In this document: one piece after another, positions 29,401-37,189 of the stretch
How positions within the stretch are numbered: position 1 is the stretch's first letter
Layout of the letters: each line of letters opens with the position of its first letter
DNA from: an uncultured Bacteroidia bacterium
Lineage (GTDB): Bacteria; Bacteroidota; Bacteroidia; Bacteroidales; UBA932
Direction of reading: 5' to 3'
DNA: 38,370 bases
Assembly: GCA_902787255.1 (NCBI GenBank)
Contig: CADAFY010000001.1
Coordinates: forward strand, 22,852 to 61,221
Translations under genes and position numbers: made by a program
The notes under the pieces: model-generated
Databases searched by the model: none
Told to the model about the DNA's origin: nothing
Seen by the model: the letters and a program-made list of their open reading frames with translations, nothing else

Positions 29401-29600
29401 TCCCCCTCTATTATATTATATAAGTCAGCAGAGCAATATTCCGCACTTTCCTGGTCAGGAAGAAGGATAAAATTGATACCTTTGTATTGGGTTTCGCCGG
29501 CGACGAACCACCGGGCGGACAACGACAGACCGGAACAAACCAGCAATCTCTCCGTGTGGAGATGTTCTCGCAAAAGGGTAATTTTTTCTTCGCTGATCAT
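26409..29600 (-). CDS. mfd: Transcription-repair coupling factor
   Basis: RGGIIDIF, HIDYGVG (RID), MDRLICGDVGFGKTEVA, DEEQKFGV, TATPIPRTL, QLRGRVGRS, DLDIRGAGNLLG; 1063 aa. Confidence 0.97.
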   Translation of the reverse strand: MISEEKITLLREHLHTERLLVCSGLSLSARWFVAGETQYKGINFILLPDQESAEYCSADLYNIIEGDKVFFLPHSGKNIEKSNYQSTLRVQRTAALGKIKEHTPGETLFIVSYPLALEEKIPSLQQFQPLVTLKVGQEISHESISQILYENGFERVDFVSDPGQYAIRGGIIDIFSYSMNQPYRFSFFGNEIDKISIFDCNTQLSVENCSQADIYPSFFTKEEEKTEWIVERLPKDTLFWLDSVDLYKESGFYPFIEQYQRICLTPPVERNPSVPVIPFHIVAQPVFHKNFEWMIEDIRTKTESGYKVMVFGEKKQQLDRLSSIIAQNYGVQPEFIPGNNLHEGFIDHDARVCCYSDHELFDRFHRVTLRRTVDKSEQLTINDLTSFTVGDYIVHIDYGVGIFGGLVRIADEKGRWHDVVKLEYKDKDVIFISIHSLHKISRYKSKDSEAPRIHKLGSKTWVATKVAAKNKVKDIAKDLIRLYAKRKASSGFAFSPDNYLQEELESSFIYEDTPDQDKAIRAVKRDMEDTCPMDRLICGDVGFGKTEVAIRAAFKAVCDSKQVAVLVPTTILCLQHYNTFTSRLENFPCRVDFISRLRTPKEINTIKQELKEGKIDIIIGTHKLLNEQFEFKDLGLLVIDEEQKFGVSAKEKLRQMRVGVDTLTLTATPIPRTLQFSLLGARDLSVIQTPPPNRIPIQTEIMTFDKEEIKRIIHYELKRAGQIFFVHNKVEELPAIEEVLHRLVPDMKICVAHGQMESQTLENKVMDFINGDYDLLLCTTIIENGLDIPAANTIIINQAQNIGLSDLHQLRGRVGRSNKQAFCYLIVPPLISISEDSRRRLKAIETFSDLGSGFSIAMQDLDIRGAGNLLGAQQSGFISDMGLETFQKVLTEAMEELGVETGYATPSHTEQYLTDCTVETDQPALLPDSFVDLTVEKIRIYKDLDAITDERSLEKAKARLIDRFGHLPVEVENLFTVVQIRQLGRRLGFETIIFKNHLLIAYFIADSKSPYYKSEVFERIMDRIADTGMGFEMKQGSNAKLKLLSHGIPSLQDARNLLRKLEA

Positions 29601-29870
29601 ACTGATTGTTCAGAAACTGTTGATAAGTGTGTTAAATCCGGGTGGAAGACTTTTGAAAACTAAATTTATTTCTTTGAAAAATTTGCTTATATCGGATTCT
29701 TTTTAATAAATACAAGAAAAACAATGTTGAATTCAATAAAAGTTTCCAGCCAATTTATCATTTTGTAATTTATTGAATACTCATAACTTATAGAGTTTTC
29801 AACAAATTAACAGCAATAATAACATCATCAAAAGTTTTTAAAAAATTTAATATATTTGTAAATATTATTT
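29601..29870. other. Candidate chromosomal replication origin (oriC)
   Basis: Very AT-rich divergent intergenic region. DnaA-box-like TGTTGATAA (29618-29626) with weaker boxes on either side, and TTTTCAACA (29796-29804) followed by nine consecutive nAn trinucleotides (29808-29834, DnaA-trio-like). By eye the plus strand is C-rich in the left of the window and G-rich in the right. parS-like sites lie 4 kb away. Confidence 0.65.
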
Positions 29871-29876
29871 TTGGAT

Positions 29877-30905
29877 ATGCAAGAATCTTTCGACCCGCAC
29901 ACCCAAGGAGAGTGCAAAGATAATGAATTGGACGGAATAACGCGTCCCCAGGACCTGGAAGAATTCACCGGACAAGATAAAATTGTAGAAAATCTGAGAA
30001 TTTTTATCCAGGCTGCCAAAATGCGTGACGAGGCTTTGGACCACGTCCTTTTTCACGGCCCTCCGGGACTGGGAAAGACAACCCTGGCTCATATCATCGC
30101 CAATGAATTGGGCGTAAATATGAAAATTACTTCCGGTCCCGTTCTGGATAAGCCCGGAGACTTGGCGGGTCTGCTGATTTCTCTCCAAAAAGGTGATGTT
30201 CTTTTTATCGATGAGATTCATCGGCTTTCTCCCGTGGTCGAGGAATATCTGTATTCCGCTATGGAAGATTTCGTGATTGATATTATGGTGGACAAAGGCC
30301 CCGGAGCCCGTTCCGTGCGTATCAATCTTTTTCCGTTCACCTTGGTAGGCGCTACGACGCGCAGTGGTTTGCTGACTTCTCCTCTCCGGGCGCGTTTCGG
30401 CATCAAATGCGCCTTGGAATATTATGATACCCTTACATTGTTGCATATCATCCAACGCAGCGCGCGCATCTTAAAGGTGGAAATCAGTGAAGAAGCCGCC
30501 CACGAGATTGCCTTGCGCAGTCGTGGAACACCCCGTATCGCCAATGCTTTGCTTCGCCGCGTCCGTGATTTTGCCCAAGTGAAAGGAAATGGTAAAATCG
30601 ATATCGAGATTGCCAAATTTGCGCTAGATGCGTTGAATATCGACAAAAGAGGATTAGACACCATTGACAATAAAATCCTCAAAACGATTATCACCAAATT
30701 TAAAGGTGGTCCGGTCGGTATCAGCACCATCGCTACGGCGGTCGGGGAGGATCCCGGAACCATTGAGGAAGTCTATGAACCTTTCCTCATTAAGGAAGGA
30801 TTCATCGTCAGGACTCCCCGTGGAAGAGAGGTTACAGAATTATCTTATAAACATTTAGGGCTCAATAAAATGCAAGATTACAGCGACGAGCCCGGTTTAT
30901 TCTAA
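29877..30905 (+). CDS. ruvB: Holliday junction branch migration helicase RuvB
   Basis: GPPGLGKTT (Walker A), [33 protein letters not shown]; upstream TATATTTG promoter motif at 29851-29858. Confidence 0.97.
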   Translation: MQESFDPHTQGECKDNELDGITRPQDLEEFTGQDKIVENLRIFIQAAKMRDEALDHVLFHGPPGLGKTTLAHIIANELGVNMKITSGPVLDKPGDLAGLLISLQKGDVLFIDEIHRLSPVVEEYLYSAMEDFVIDIMVDKGPGARSVRINLFPFTLVGATTRSGLLTSPLRARFGIKCALEYYDTLTLLHIIQRSARILKVEISEEAAHEIALRSRGTPRIANALLRRVRDFAQVKGNGKIDIEIAKFALDALNIDKRGLDTIDNKILKTIITKFKGGPVGISTIATAVGEDPGTIEEVYEPFLIKEGFIVRTPRGREVTELSYKHLGLNKMQDYSDEPGLF

Positions 30906-30913
30906 TCTTTTTC

Positions 30914-32974
30914 TTATTCGTTATGCAGCACCGGTGCGGGCAACATCGGCATTACTTTCGTCGGTATGCTTCGCGTTACGCTGCCGTAGGTGGAACTGCT
31001 GACGATATCCCGCAGCGGGTCGGTCGGGTCATCCTTACTGATAAAGTTATTGATATCGAAACTTTCTCCCGCCATTGAAAGGATACGATCCACTATCAGC
31101 ATTCTTTGCCAGGTCGAGAAATATTTCCGGTTGTCTATCATACAACTGATTTTTTCGCTCCGCCAGCGATTAAAAATGGATACGGCTCCTCCATGATATA
31201 CCCCGATTCTGCTATACAAAGGATTAATAGTCTGTAAGATACTTAGATTATCCAGCAATGCGCTTTGCCAGGGCGGATTGTTATAAGTGGCGGAGATATT
31301 CAATCCGTAAGGAACCGTATAACTATGGTCGGGTATAGCCGTTGTAGCCTCATAATAACTATCATACCAATATTCATCCAACAACCTGGAAAATCCGTGT
31401 CCGCCGAATTCGTGAATCATCACGTTCCGCCAGTCTCCACTACAAATCCCCAACGCTTGAATTTCTGCATTCGTAACACTTCTGGTTCCTCCGGTCATCG
31501 TGCTTTCATTGGCTGCTTCCTTTTTGGGATAAGACCATTCTATAGATTGTCCTCCACCTATATACGGAACCATCCCCACACATCGGTCACTATTCAGGTA
31601 ACTATGACAAATCCCGCCATATCGCTGATCATTGATTATCATCAAAGTGGCAACTTGTGTTGCGTTACGGATTCCATTGATGACATCCGGACAATTATTA
31701 TTGACAAAGGATAGAACTTTATCTAAATTTGCCGTCATATCATTGTATGTTTCCGCTCCCCATCGGGATTCAAAATAGGTATCTTTCCTAGTGATGATAT
31801 TTCCCTTTCCATCAGTAATACTTGCGCCGGATTCATTGGAAGCCACTTTCAGTATCCATACATTAAAGTATTCCTTATAGGATTTGAAAGGTTCTACGGA
31901 GAACATAGCATCTATTCCGCTCTTGGCCAGCAGTTCAAAATCACCCAGTTCGTCTTGCGTAAATCCTTCCGAAATGACCGCAATACTGACGGGTGTTTTT
32001 CCGGAAGTCGCTTCAATATATAAAATGGCGTTATCCGGGGTGTCATCAATCAGTTCATTTCCTATATCAATCGTACCTAAATCGGTAATAGTGTTACGAT
32101 TAAGTTCTAATTTCGTACTGGATACCATCCTTTTCTTATTGGTACCGTCCGAGAAAACCATCGAGAAACCGTACTGCGTGCCCGGGAAAATCGTGAAGTA
32201 GTAATCCACACCTGTTTGGAAGGAACCGGTCAAAGTAACTGTATTGGAAGTGACATCATCCGTGAAATAAATTTGCTGGGTCAACACGGGCGTTCCGTCA
32301 TTTTCCACCATCAGAATGCTATCTCCCGCCAAGTCAGAGGCTCCTTTAAAGGAAACAGATGTTACATTGCTTACCACGGATCCCGCCAAGCGGAATTTTA
32401 TAAAAGATGCTGCGTTAAGAAAGTGAAAATCTGATACTTGACCGTTAGTTTTACAAAATGCAACATTCGCTCCGGGTGACACGGAACCGGCCGTGGCAGT
32501 CTGGTTAATCGGGATTGTGATACCAAAAATGGGTACATCGTTGTAGGTGGATACTCTGCGAGGACCCGGGTATAGATTGTAACAGGGACTTAAGGATATC
32601 GTATTAGAATAAGTAAAGCTGGCGTTTACACCTCCTTGGGCTGTTGTATATATAGTATACGGAAATTTGCCTGTCTCAGTGTTGTAGGCCAGCATTTCAA
32701 AACTGTCATTGGCATTCCATACAACTTGGGCATACGTCCCGTCACTACTCAATTCCGTATGGATCTTACTCCCCTCCTCTTGAAAATTTGCGACTGCCTG
32801 ACCACCGCCCTGTTCTCCCGGAACCATCCTGTCGCTCATATCCTCCATCAGCCAAATATCGCTTTTTTGACTGATTTGCGGGATGCTTTCTACTGTGTTA
32901 TCCGTCGCAATTTTACTGCACGCCATTCCCAAGAACAGAAGGAATGCGAATATGATAATAACCGGTCTTTTCAT
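30914..32974 (-). CDS. M64-family (IgA-peptidase-like) metallopeptidase lipoprotein with N-terminal fimbrillin-like beta domain
   Basis: Start MKRPVII...LGMAC (lipobox); ISEGFT..EL..F, VEPFKSYKEYFNVW, SNESG, HEFGGHGFSRLLDEY (Zn motif), WRSEKISCMIDN. N-terminal VVWNANDSF / YNLYP pattern resembles fimbrillin-like domains. More AT-rich than most of the window. Confidence 0.8.
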   Translation of the reverse strand: MKRPVIIIFAFLLFLGMACSKIATDNTVESIPQISQKSDIWLMEDMSDRMVPGEQGGGQAVANFQEEGSKIHTELSSDGTYAQVVWNANDSFEMLAYNTETGKFPYTIYTTAQGGVNASFTYSNTISLSPCYNLYPGPRRVSTYNDVPIFGITIPINQTATAGSVSPGANVAFCKTNGQVSDFHFLNAASFIKFRLAGSVVSNVTSVSFKGASDLAGDSILMVENDGTPVLTQQIYFTDDVTSNTVTLTGSFQTGVDYYFTIFPGTQYGFSMVFSDGTNKKRMVSSTKLELNRNTITDLGTIDIGNELIDDTPDNAILYIEATSGKTPVSIAVISEGFTQDELGDFELLAKSGIDAMFSVEPFKSYKEYFNVWILKVASNESGASITDGKGNIITRKDTYFESRWGAETYNDMTANLDKVLSFVNNNCPDVINGIRNATQVATLMIINDQRYGGICHSYLNSDRCVGMVPYIGGGQSIEWSYPKKEAANESTMTGGTRSVTNAEIQALGICSGDWRNVMIHEFGGHGFSRLLDEYWYDSYYEATTAIPDHSYTVPYGLNISATYNNPPWQSALLDNLSILQTINPLYSRIGVYHGGAVSIFNRWRSEKISCMIDNRKYFSTWQRMLIVDRILSMAGESFDINNFISKDDPTDPLRDIVSSSTYGSVTRSIPTKVMPMLPAPVLHNE

Positions 32975-33123
32975 TTTCTTTCCTCCCATTCTTCGTAGTA
33001 ATTTTCATAGGTAAAACCAGGATTAACAGGGATAACGGGTATTATCTCGTGGCTGGCGTTCAGAATCGTCTGTTCCAATGAGAGCGGGACAGATTTCATT
33101 ACGGGACTTTGATAGTTTCGCAT
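32971..33123 (-). CDS. Unannotated 50-aa peptide ORF translationally coupled to the M64 gene
   Basis: Hand translation MRNYQSPVMKSVPLSLEQTILNASHEIIPVIPVNPGFTYENYYEEWEERK*. Its TGA overlaps the M64 ATG (ATGA), and a TACCTTTG promoter motif lies at 33144-33151 (minus). Confidence 0.65.
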   Translation of the reverse strand: MRNYQSPVMKSVPLSLEQTILNASHEIIPVIPVNPGFTYENYYEEWEERK

Positions 33124-33209
33124 CCTATTTAAATTTAATTTATCAAAGGTAGATGATTTTTTTTGAATTTCAAAAATTGTGCGTACCTTCGCCCTATAGA
33201 TGAACTATT

Positions 33210-33800
33210 ATGATAGACTACATCAAAGGTAAAATTGTCGAATTGCTTCCCACCGATATCGTGATTGAATGTGGAGGCATCGGTTATCACGCTTTTATTT
33301 CTCTCCAAACCTATGCGATGTTAGAGAATCTCTCTGAAACCACGCTCTATATCCATCACATCCTGCGGGAAGATGAGGAAATGTTTTATGGTTTTTCAAG
33401 CAAAGATGAAAGACAGTTTTTCCGCCTGCTGATTGGGGTGAGCGGCGTGGGCGCCAATACTGCCCGTATGATGCTGTCTTCTTTGAGTGCCGATGAAATC
33501 CGGGAAGCTATCATCGGGGAAAATGTTTCCAGAATCAAATCTATTAAAGGAATTGGCTTGAAGACCGCCCAGCGCATTATTCTTGAATTAAAAGACAAGG
33601 TCGTCAAGGGAGACGGTGCAGATGCTCCCGTTCTGTTTTCCGGTCAGGCGGTTAATGCGGCCGCGGATGAAGCGATTACCGCCCTTGTTTTGCTGGGCTT
33701 TCCCAAGCCGGCTGTTCAGAAGGTTGTCAATGCGTTGTTGCAGGAAAATCCTACGGCCAGCGTCGAGATGCTTGTCAAGTCCGGTTTGCAGCGTCTTTAA
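33210..33800 (+). CDS. ruvA: Holliday junction branch migration protein RuvA
   Basis: MIDYIKG, GGIGY, REDE..FYGF, VSGVGA and IKGIGLKTAQRIILELKDK HhH motifs, ALVLLGF C-terminal domain. Confidence 0.97.
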   Translation: MIDYIKGKIVELLPTDIVIECGGIGYHAFISLQTYAMLENLSETTLYIHHILREDEEMFYGFSSKDERQFFRLLIGVSGVGANTARMMLSSLSADEIREAIIGENVSRIKSIKGIGLKTAQRIILELKDKVVKGDGADAPVLFSGQAVNAAADEAITALVLLGFPKPAVQKVVNALLQENPTASVEMLVKSGLQRL

Positions 33801-33802
33801 AC

Positions 33803-33818
33803 AGTTCCACGTGGAACT
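33803..33818. promoter_or_regulatory. parS-like site (ParB binding), perfect 16-bp palindrome AGTTCCACGTGGAACT
   Basis: The 14-bp core GTTCCACGTGGAAC matches the parS consensus TGTT[TC]CACGTG[GA]AACA; it sits in the 21-bp gap between the convergent ruvA and mnmG stops. Confidence 0.75.
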
Positions 33819-33821
33819 CCC

Positions 33822-35894
33822 CTAACGTCCGAAATAAACCAGCAAGACGGAAATATCTGCCGGAGATACGCCGGAAATTCTGGATGCTTGCGCCAAGGTG
33901 GTCGGCGCATAGCGTTTGAGTTTTTGCCGGCACTCGATAGACAAGCTCTCGATACGGTCGAAGTCAAAACCCTCGGGTATCCGTAAGTTTTCCAGTCGTT
34001 GAATCTTATCCGCCAAGTTTCTTTCCCGCTCGATATATCCTTCGTATTTGATTTCGATTTCCAAGGATTCCAAAATGGCAGCGCGATAATTTTCGTTCAA
34101 CTGTTGCTGCATTCTTTCTTCATCCAGCCCTTCCACGGGAATACCATTGTTGTCAGACAGGACTGCGAGTGCTTTTTCGTATACCGCTTTTTCAGTTTTC
34201 GGGAAAGGCTGACTGTTTTTTAAGGATGCTTTATAATCGCTGGTCGGTAAAATATCGTCCAATTTCGCCCACTCATTCTCTTCCGTCTTTTTTCTTTTCA
34301 ATGTTCCACATAGAACATTTTGGTAGAAGGAATTGATAGAAACTTGGGGCCGAACAATCAATTCATCGATTCTTTTGCGGTTGGGAAGGGGAGTAGAACC
34401 GACGGATTCCAAGTAGGCGTTGGCGGCCGCAGGAGTCACGGATTCATTATGGACAAAGTCAGAGAGTCGGGAAACGGCATCGTATTTCCGCATCGTGTAA
34501 TCATAGCGGAATTGGTCTGCAAGGCCCAGAGCGTAACTCTTGGCCGTCAACCGAAGGTCCGCATTATCCTGTCGCAGCAAAATCCGGTATTCAGCGCGCG
34601 AGGTGAACATACGGTAGGGTTCATCCACACCTTTTGTAATTAGGTCGTCAATCAGAACGCCGATGTAGGCTTCATCCCTGTGTAGAACGAAGGGTTCACC
34701 ACCGACCACTTTTTGGTGCGCATTGATCCCGGCCATCAGTCCTTGCGCGGCGGCTTCTTCATAACCGGTCGTGCCATTGACCTGACCGGCCAGGAAGAGA
34801 TTTTCAACGCAGCGGGATTCCAGACTGGCCTTTAATTGGGTCGGGTCAAAGAAATCGTACTCGACGGCGTAGGCGGGGCGATAGATGACGGCCTCTTCCA
34901 GTCCCTTGATTTTGTGGAGAGCTTCCAACTGAATTTCCAGGGGAAGGGAAGAGGAAAAGCCTTGCAGGTAGTATTCGTTGGTATCGCGACCTTGCGGTTC
35001 CAGGAACAGTTGATGGGCGTCCTTATCGGCGAAGGTGCGCAGTTTGTCTTCTATGCTGGGGCAGTAGCGCGGACCGATACCGGAGATTTTTCCGGAGAAA
35101 AGAGGGGAGTCTTGAAAGCCGGAGCGTAGAACATCGTGCACTTCCTGATTGGTATGAACGATGAAACAAGGCATCTGGGGATTGCCGTTCTGGACCGTGG
35201 AAAGGTAGGGGAGGAATGAGAATTTTTCCGGTTGGGCGTCTCCTTCCTGCCGGGTTAGTTTTGTCGTATCGATGGAGGAAATATCGATGCGCGGGGGAGT
35301 ACCGGTTTTCATCCGCGCTGTCCGAATGCCCCGTTCTGCGAGTTGTCCGGTCAGTCCGTAAGAGGAAAGTTCCCCGATGCGCCCGCCTTCAAAATCTTGC
35401 TTTCCGATGAAAAGTCGTCCCGAAAGAAAGGTTCCGGCGGTTAAAACAACGCTGCGAGAATGAAATTTTGCGCCGGTTTTCGTACACACGCCCGAAATTT
35501 TTGCGCCATCAAAAAGAAAACTGGTTGCGACATCCTCGTAAATATCTATGTTACAAGTAGTTTCAAGCATTTTTCTCCAGTGGGCGGAGAAACGGTTTTT
35601 ATCGCACTGCGCCCGCGGACTCCACATAGCCGGTCCCTTGGATTTGTTGAGCATCCGGAACTGGACCGTAGAGGCGTCCGTGATGATCCCCATATATCCG
35701 CCAAGTGCATCTATTTCCCTGACAATCTGTCCTTTGGCTATTCCACCGACCGCAGGATTGCAGGACATTTGCCCGAATTTGTTCATATCCATCGAGATCA
35801 GCAGCACCGAAGAACCCAGCGATGACGCAGCCATAGCCGCCTCACAACCGGCGTGTCCGCCGCCGATGACGATGATATCGTACTCCTTCTTCAT
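33822..35894 (-). CDS. mnmG: tRNA uridine-5-carboxymethylaminomethyl(34) synthesis enzyme MnmG (GidA)
   Basis: [83 protein letters not shown]. Confidence 0.98.
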   Translation of the reverse strand: MKKEYDIIVIGGGHAGCEAAMAASSLGSSVLLISMDMNKFGQMSCNPAVGGIAKGQIVREIDALGGYMGIITDASTVQFRMLNKSKGPAMWSPRAQCDKNRFSAHWRKMLETTCNIDIYEDVATSFLFDGAKISGVCTKTGAKFHSRSVVLTAGTFLSGRLFIGKQDFEGGRIGELSSYGLTGQLAERGIRTARMKTGTPPRIDISSIDTTKLTRQEGDAQPEKFSFLPYLSTVQNGNPQMPCFIVHTNQEVHDVLRSGFQDSPLFSGKISGIGPRYCPSIEDKLRTFADKDAHQLFLEPQGRDTNEYYLQGFSSSLPLEIQLEALHKIKGLEEAVIYRPAYAVEYDFFDPTQLKASLESRCVENLFLAGQVNGTTGYEEAAAQGLMAGINAHQKVVGGEPFVLHRDEAYIGVLIDDLITKGVDEPYRMFTSRAEYRILLRQDNADLRLTAKSYALGLADQFRYDYTMRKYDAVSRLSDFVHNESVTPAAANAYLESVGSTPLPNRKRIDELIVRPQVSINSFYQNVLCGTLKRKKTEENEWAKLDDILPTSDYKASLKNSQPFPKTEKAVYEKALAVLSDNNGIPVEGLDEERMQQQLNENYRAAILESLEIEIKYEGYIERERNLADKIQRLENLRIPEGFDFDRIESLSIECRQKLKRYAPTTLAQASRISGVSPADISVLLVYFGR
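34302..34317. promoter_or_regulatory. Degenerate parS-like site inside mnmG (TGTTCCACATAGAACA)
   Basis: Two mismatches to TGTTCCACGTGGAACA; encodes part of NVLCGT in the mnmG insertion region. Confidence 0.5.
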
Positions 35895-36319
35895 TATTTC
35901 ATTTCCGCTTTGAGGGCCAGGGCTTCGTTTTCTTTTGTCCGCATCATCTTCTGCTCATCCGCCGTATGGTCATCATATCCGATGAGATGCAGGATGCCGT
36001 GCACCATCACCCGATCCAACTCTTCGTCAAAACGGCCGTCCGCATATTCATTGGCATTTTCGCGCACGCTGTCGATGCTGATGAATAAATCTCCGTGGAG
36101 GGTATTTCCCTCACAGTCGTCAAAGGTGATGATATCCGTATAGTAGTCGTGCGAGAGGTATTGGCGGTTGATGCCCAGCAAATAGGCGTCGCTGCAAAAA
36201 ATAATGTTGATATTTCCGATCCGGCGTCCTTCCCGGGCGGCTACTTCTTTCAGCCATCGCTTGGTAAGGGCCTTCCGGGGCAGTGAAAAATCGGTCTCTT
36301 CGTGGAAGTAGCGTATCAT
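35894..36319 (-). CDS. ybeY: rRNA maturation endoribonuclease YbeY
   Basis: [35 protein letters not shown] Zn motif; stop overlaps the mnmG start (TAATG). Confidence 0.95.
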   Translation of the reverse strand: MIRYFHEETDFSLPRKALTKRWLKEVAAREGRRIGNINIIFCSDAYLLGINRQYLSHDYYTDIITFDDCEGNTLHGDLFISIDSVRENANEYADGRFDEELDRVMVHGILHLIGYDDHTADEQKMMRTKENEALALKAEMK

Positions 36320-36336
36320 TTTTCATAAATTTACTG

Positions 36337-36394
36337 CAAATCTACAACTATTCTCAGAAAAAATTTGAAATAAATTGAATTATTTATAACTTTG
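36337..36394. promoter_or_regulatory. Divergent -7 elements for ybeY-mnmG (TAGATTTG, minus, 36337-36344) and tonB (TAACTTTG, plus, 36387-36394, with TTTG at 36364-36367 as possible -33)
   Basis: TAnnTTTG matches in the AT-rich spacer. Confidence 0.55.
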
Positions 36395-36424
36395 GGGGCT
36401 AGTTGTGAACTAATATTTGCAAAA

Positions 36425-37120
36425 ATGAAGATAAAGAAATCACCTGAAGCCAATTTGGAGAACAAGAAATTGCTCTTCATTGAACTGGGTCTGGTCTGCT
36501 CTCTGGGTATCTGCCTCTTCGCTTTCGAGTTGGGTTCCCGTGACAAACAGACCGTAAGCCAATTTGAAGACTTGCAGCAAGTCATTGAGGAAGAAGAGAT
36601 TATCAATACGATGGTGGAGACTCCTCCTCCCCCGCCGGAAGTTCCCAAGATTCCCGTCCTTTCCGACCAGATTGATATCGTGGACGATGACGCGGAGGTG
36701 GATGACGATATGTTTATGAACCTCGAAGACGATGCCAACACGGGCGTCGAGATTATGGACTACGTCGAGGCGGTCGAAGAAGAGCACATCGAGGAAGAAG
36801 CCATTCCTTTCCAGTTGGTGGAAGAGAAACCTTCCTTTATGGGCGGCGACGCCAACGCTTTCTCCAAGTGGGTGGGTCAGCATCTGGTCTATCCGGAGAT
36901 TGCCAAGGAGAACGGTGTCCAGGGTCGTGTTACCCTTCAGTTCACGGTGGAGACCGACGGTCGCGTGACCAACGTCAAGGTGCTTCGTGGTATCGACCCG
37001 TCCTTGGATAAGGAAGCCGTCCGCGTAGTGTCCAGTTCTCCGAAGTGGAAGCCGGGTAAGCAGCGTGACCGCAGCGTGCGTGTTACCTACACCTTCCCTG
37101 TGATTTTCCAACTCCGCTAA
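36425..37120 (+). CDS. tonB: Energy transducer TonB
   Basis: MKIKKSPEANLE, single TM helix, PPPPP linker, acidic stretch, and TonB_C domain YPEIAKENGVQGRV...WKPG. Confidence 0.9.
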   Translation: MKIKKSPEANLENKKLLFIELGLVCSLGICLFAFELGSRDKQTVSQFEDLQQVIEEEEIINTMVETPPPPPEVPKIPVLSDQIDIVDDDAEVDDDMFMNLEDDANTGVEIMDYVEAVEEEHIEEEAIPFQLVEEKPSFMGGDANAFSKWVGQHLVYPEIAKENGVQGRVTLQFTVETDGRVTNVKVLRGIDPSLDKEAVRVVSSSPKWKPGKQRDRSVRVTYTFPVIFQLR

Positions 37121-37141
37121 GTTGACTGCAGGAGATAAGTT

Positions 37142-37174
37142 AAGGTTGGCCGGAGGTTTTCGGTCAACCTTTTT
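37142..37174 (+). terminator. Intrinsic terminator after tonB
   Basis: AAGGTTGGCCG-loop-CGGTCAACCTT followed by a T run. Confidence 0.7.
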
Positions 37175-37189
37175 ATGTAAGATTATTCC

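Noticed and set aside
33027-33043. CAGGGATAACGGGTATT resembling the I-SceI site TAGGGATAACAGGGTAAT
   Set aside because: It needs a gap and two mismatches and is explained by the IPVIPV codons of the small ORF; treated as chance.
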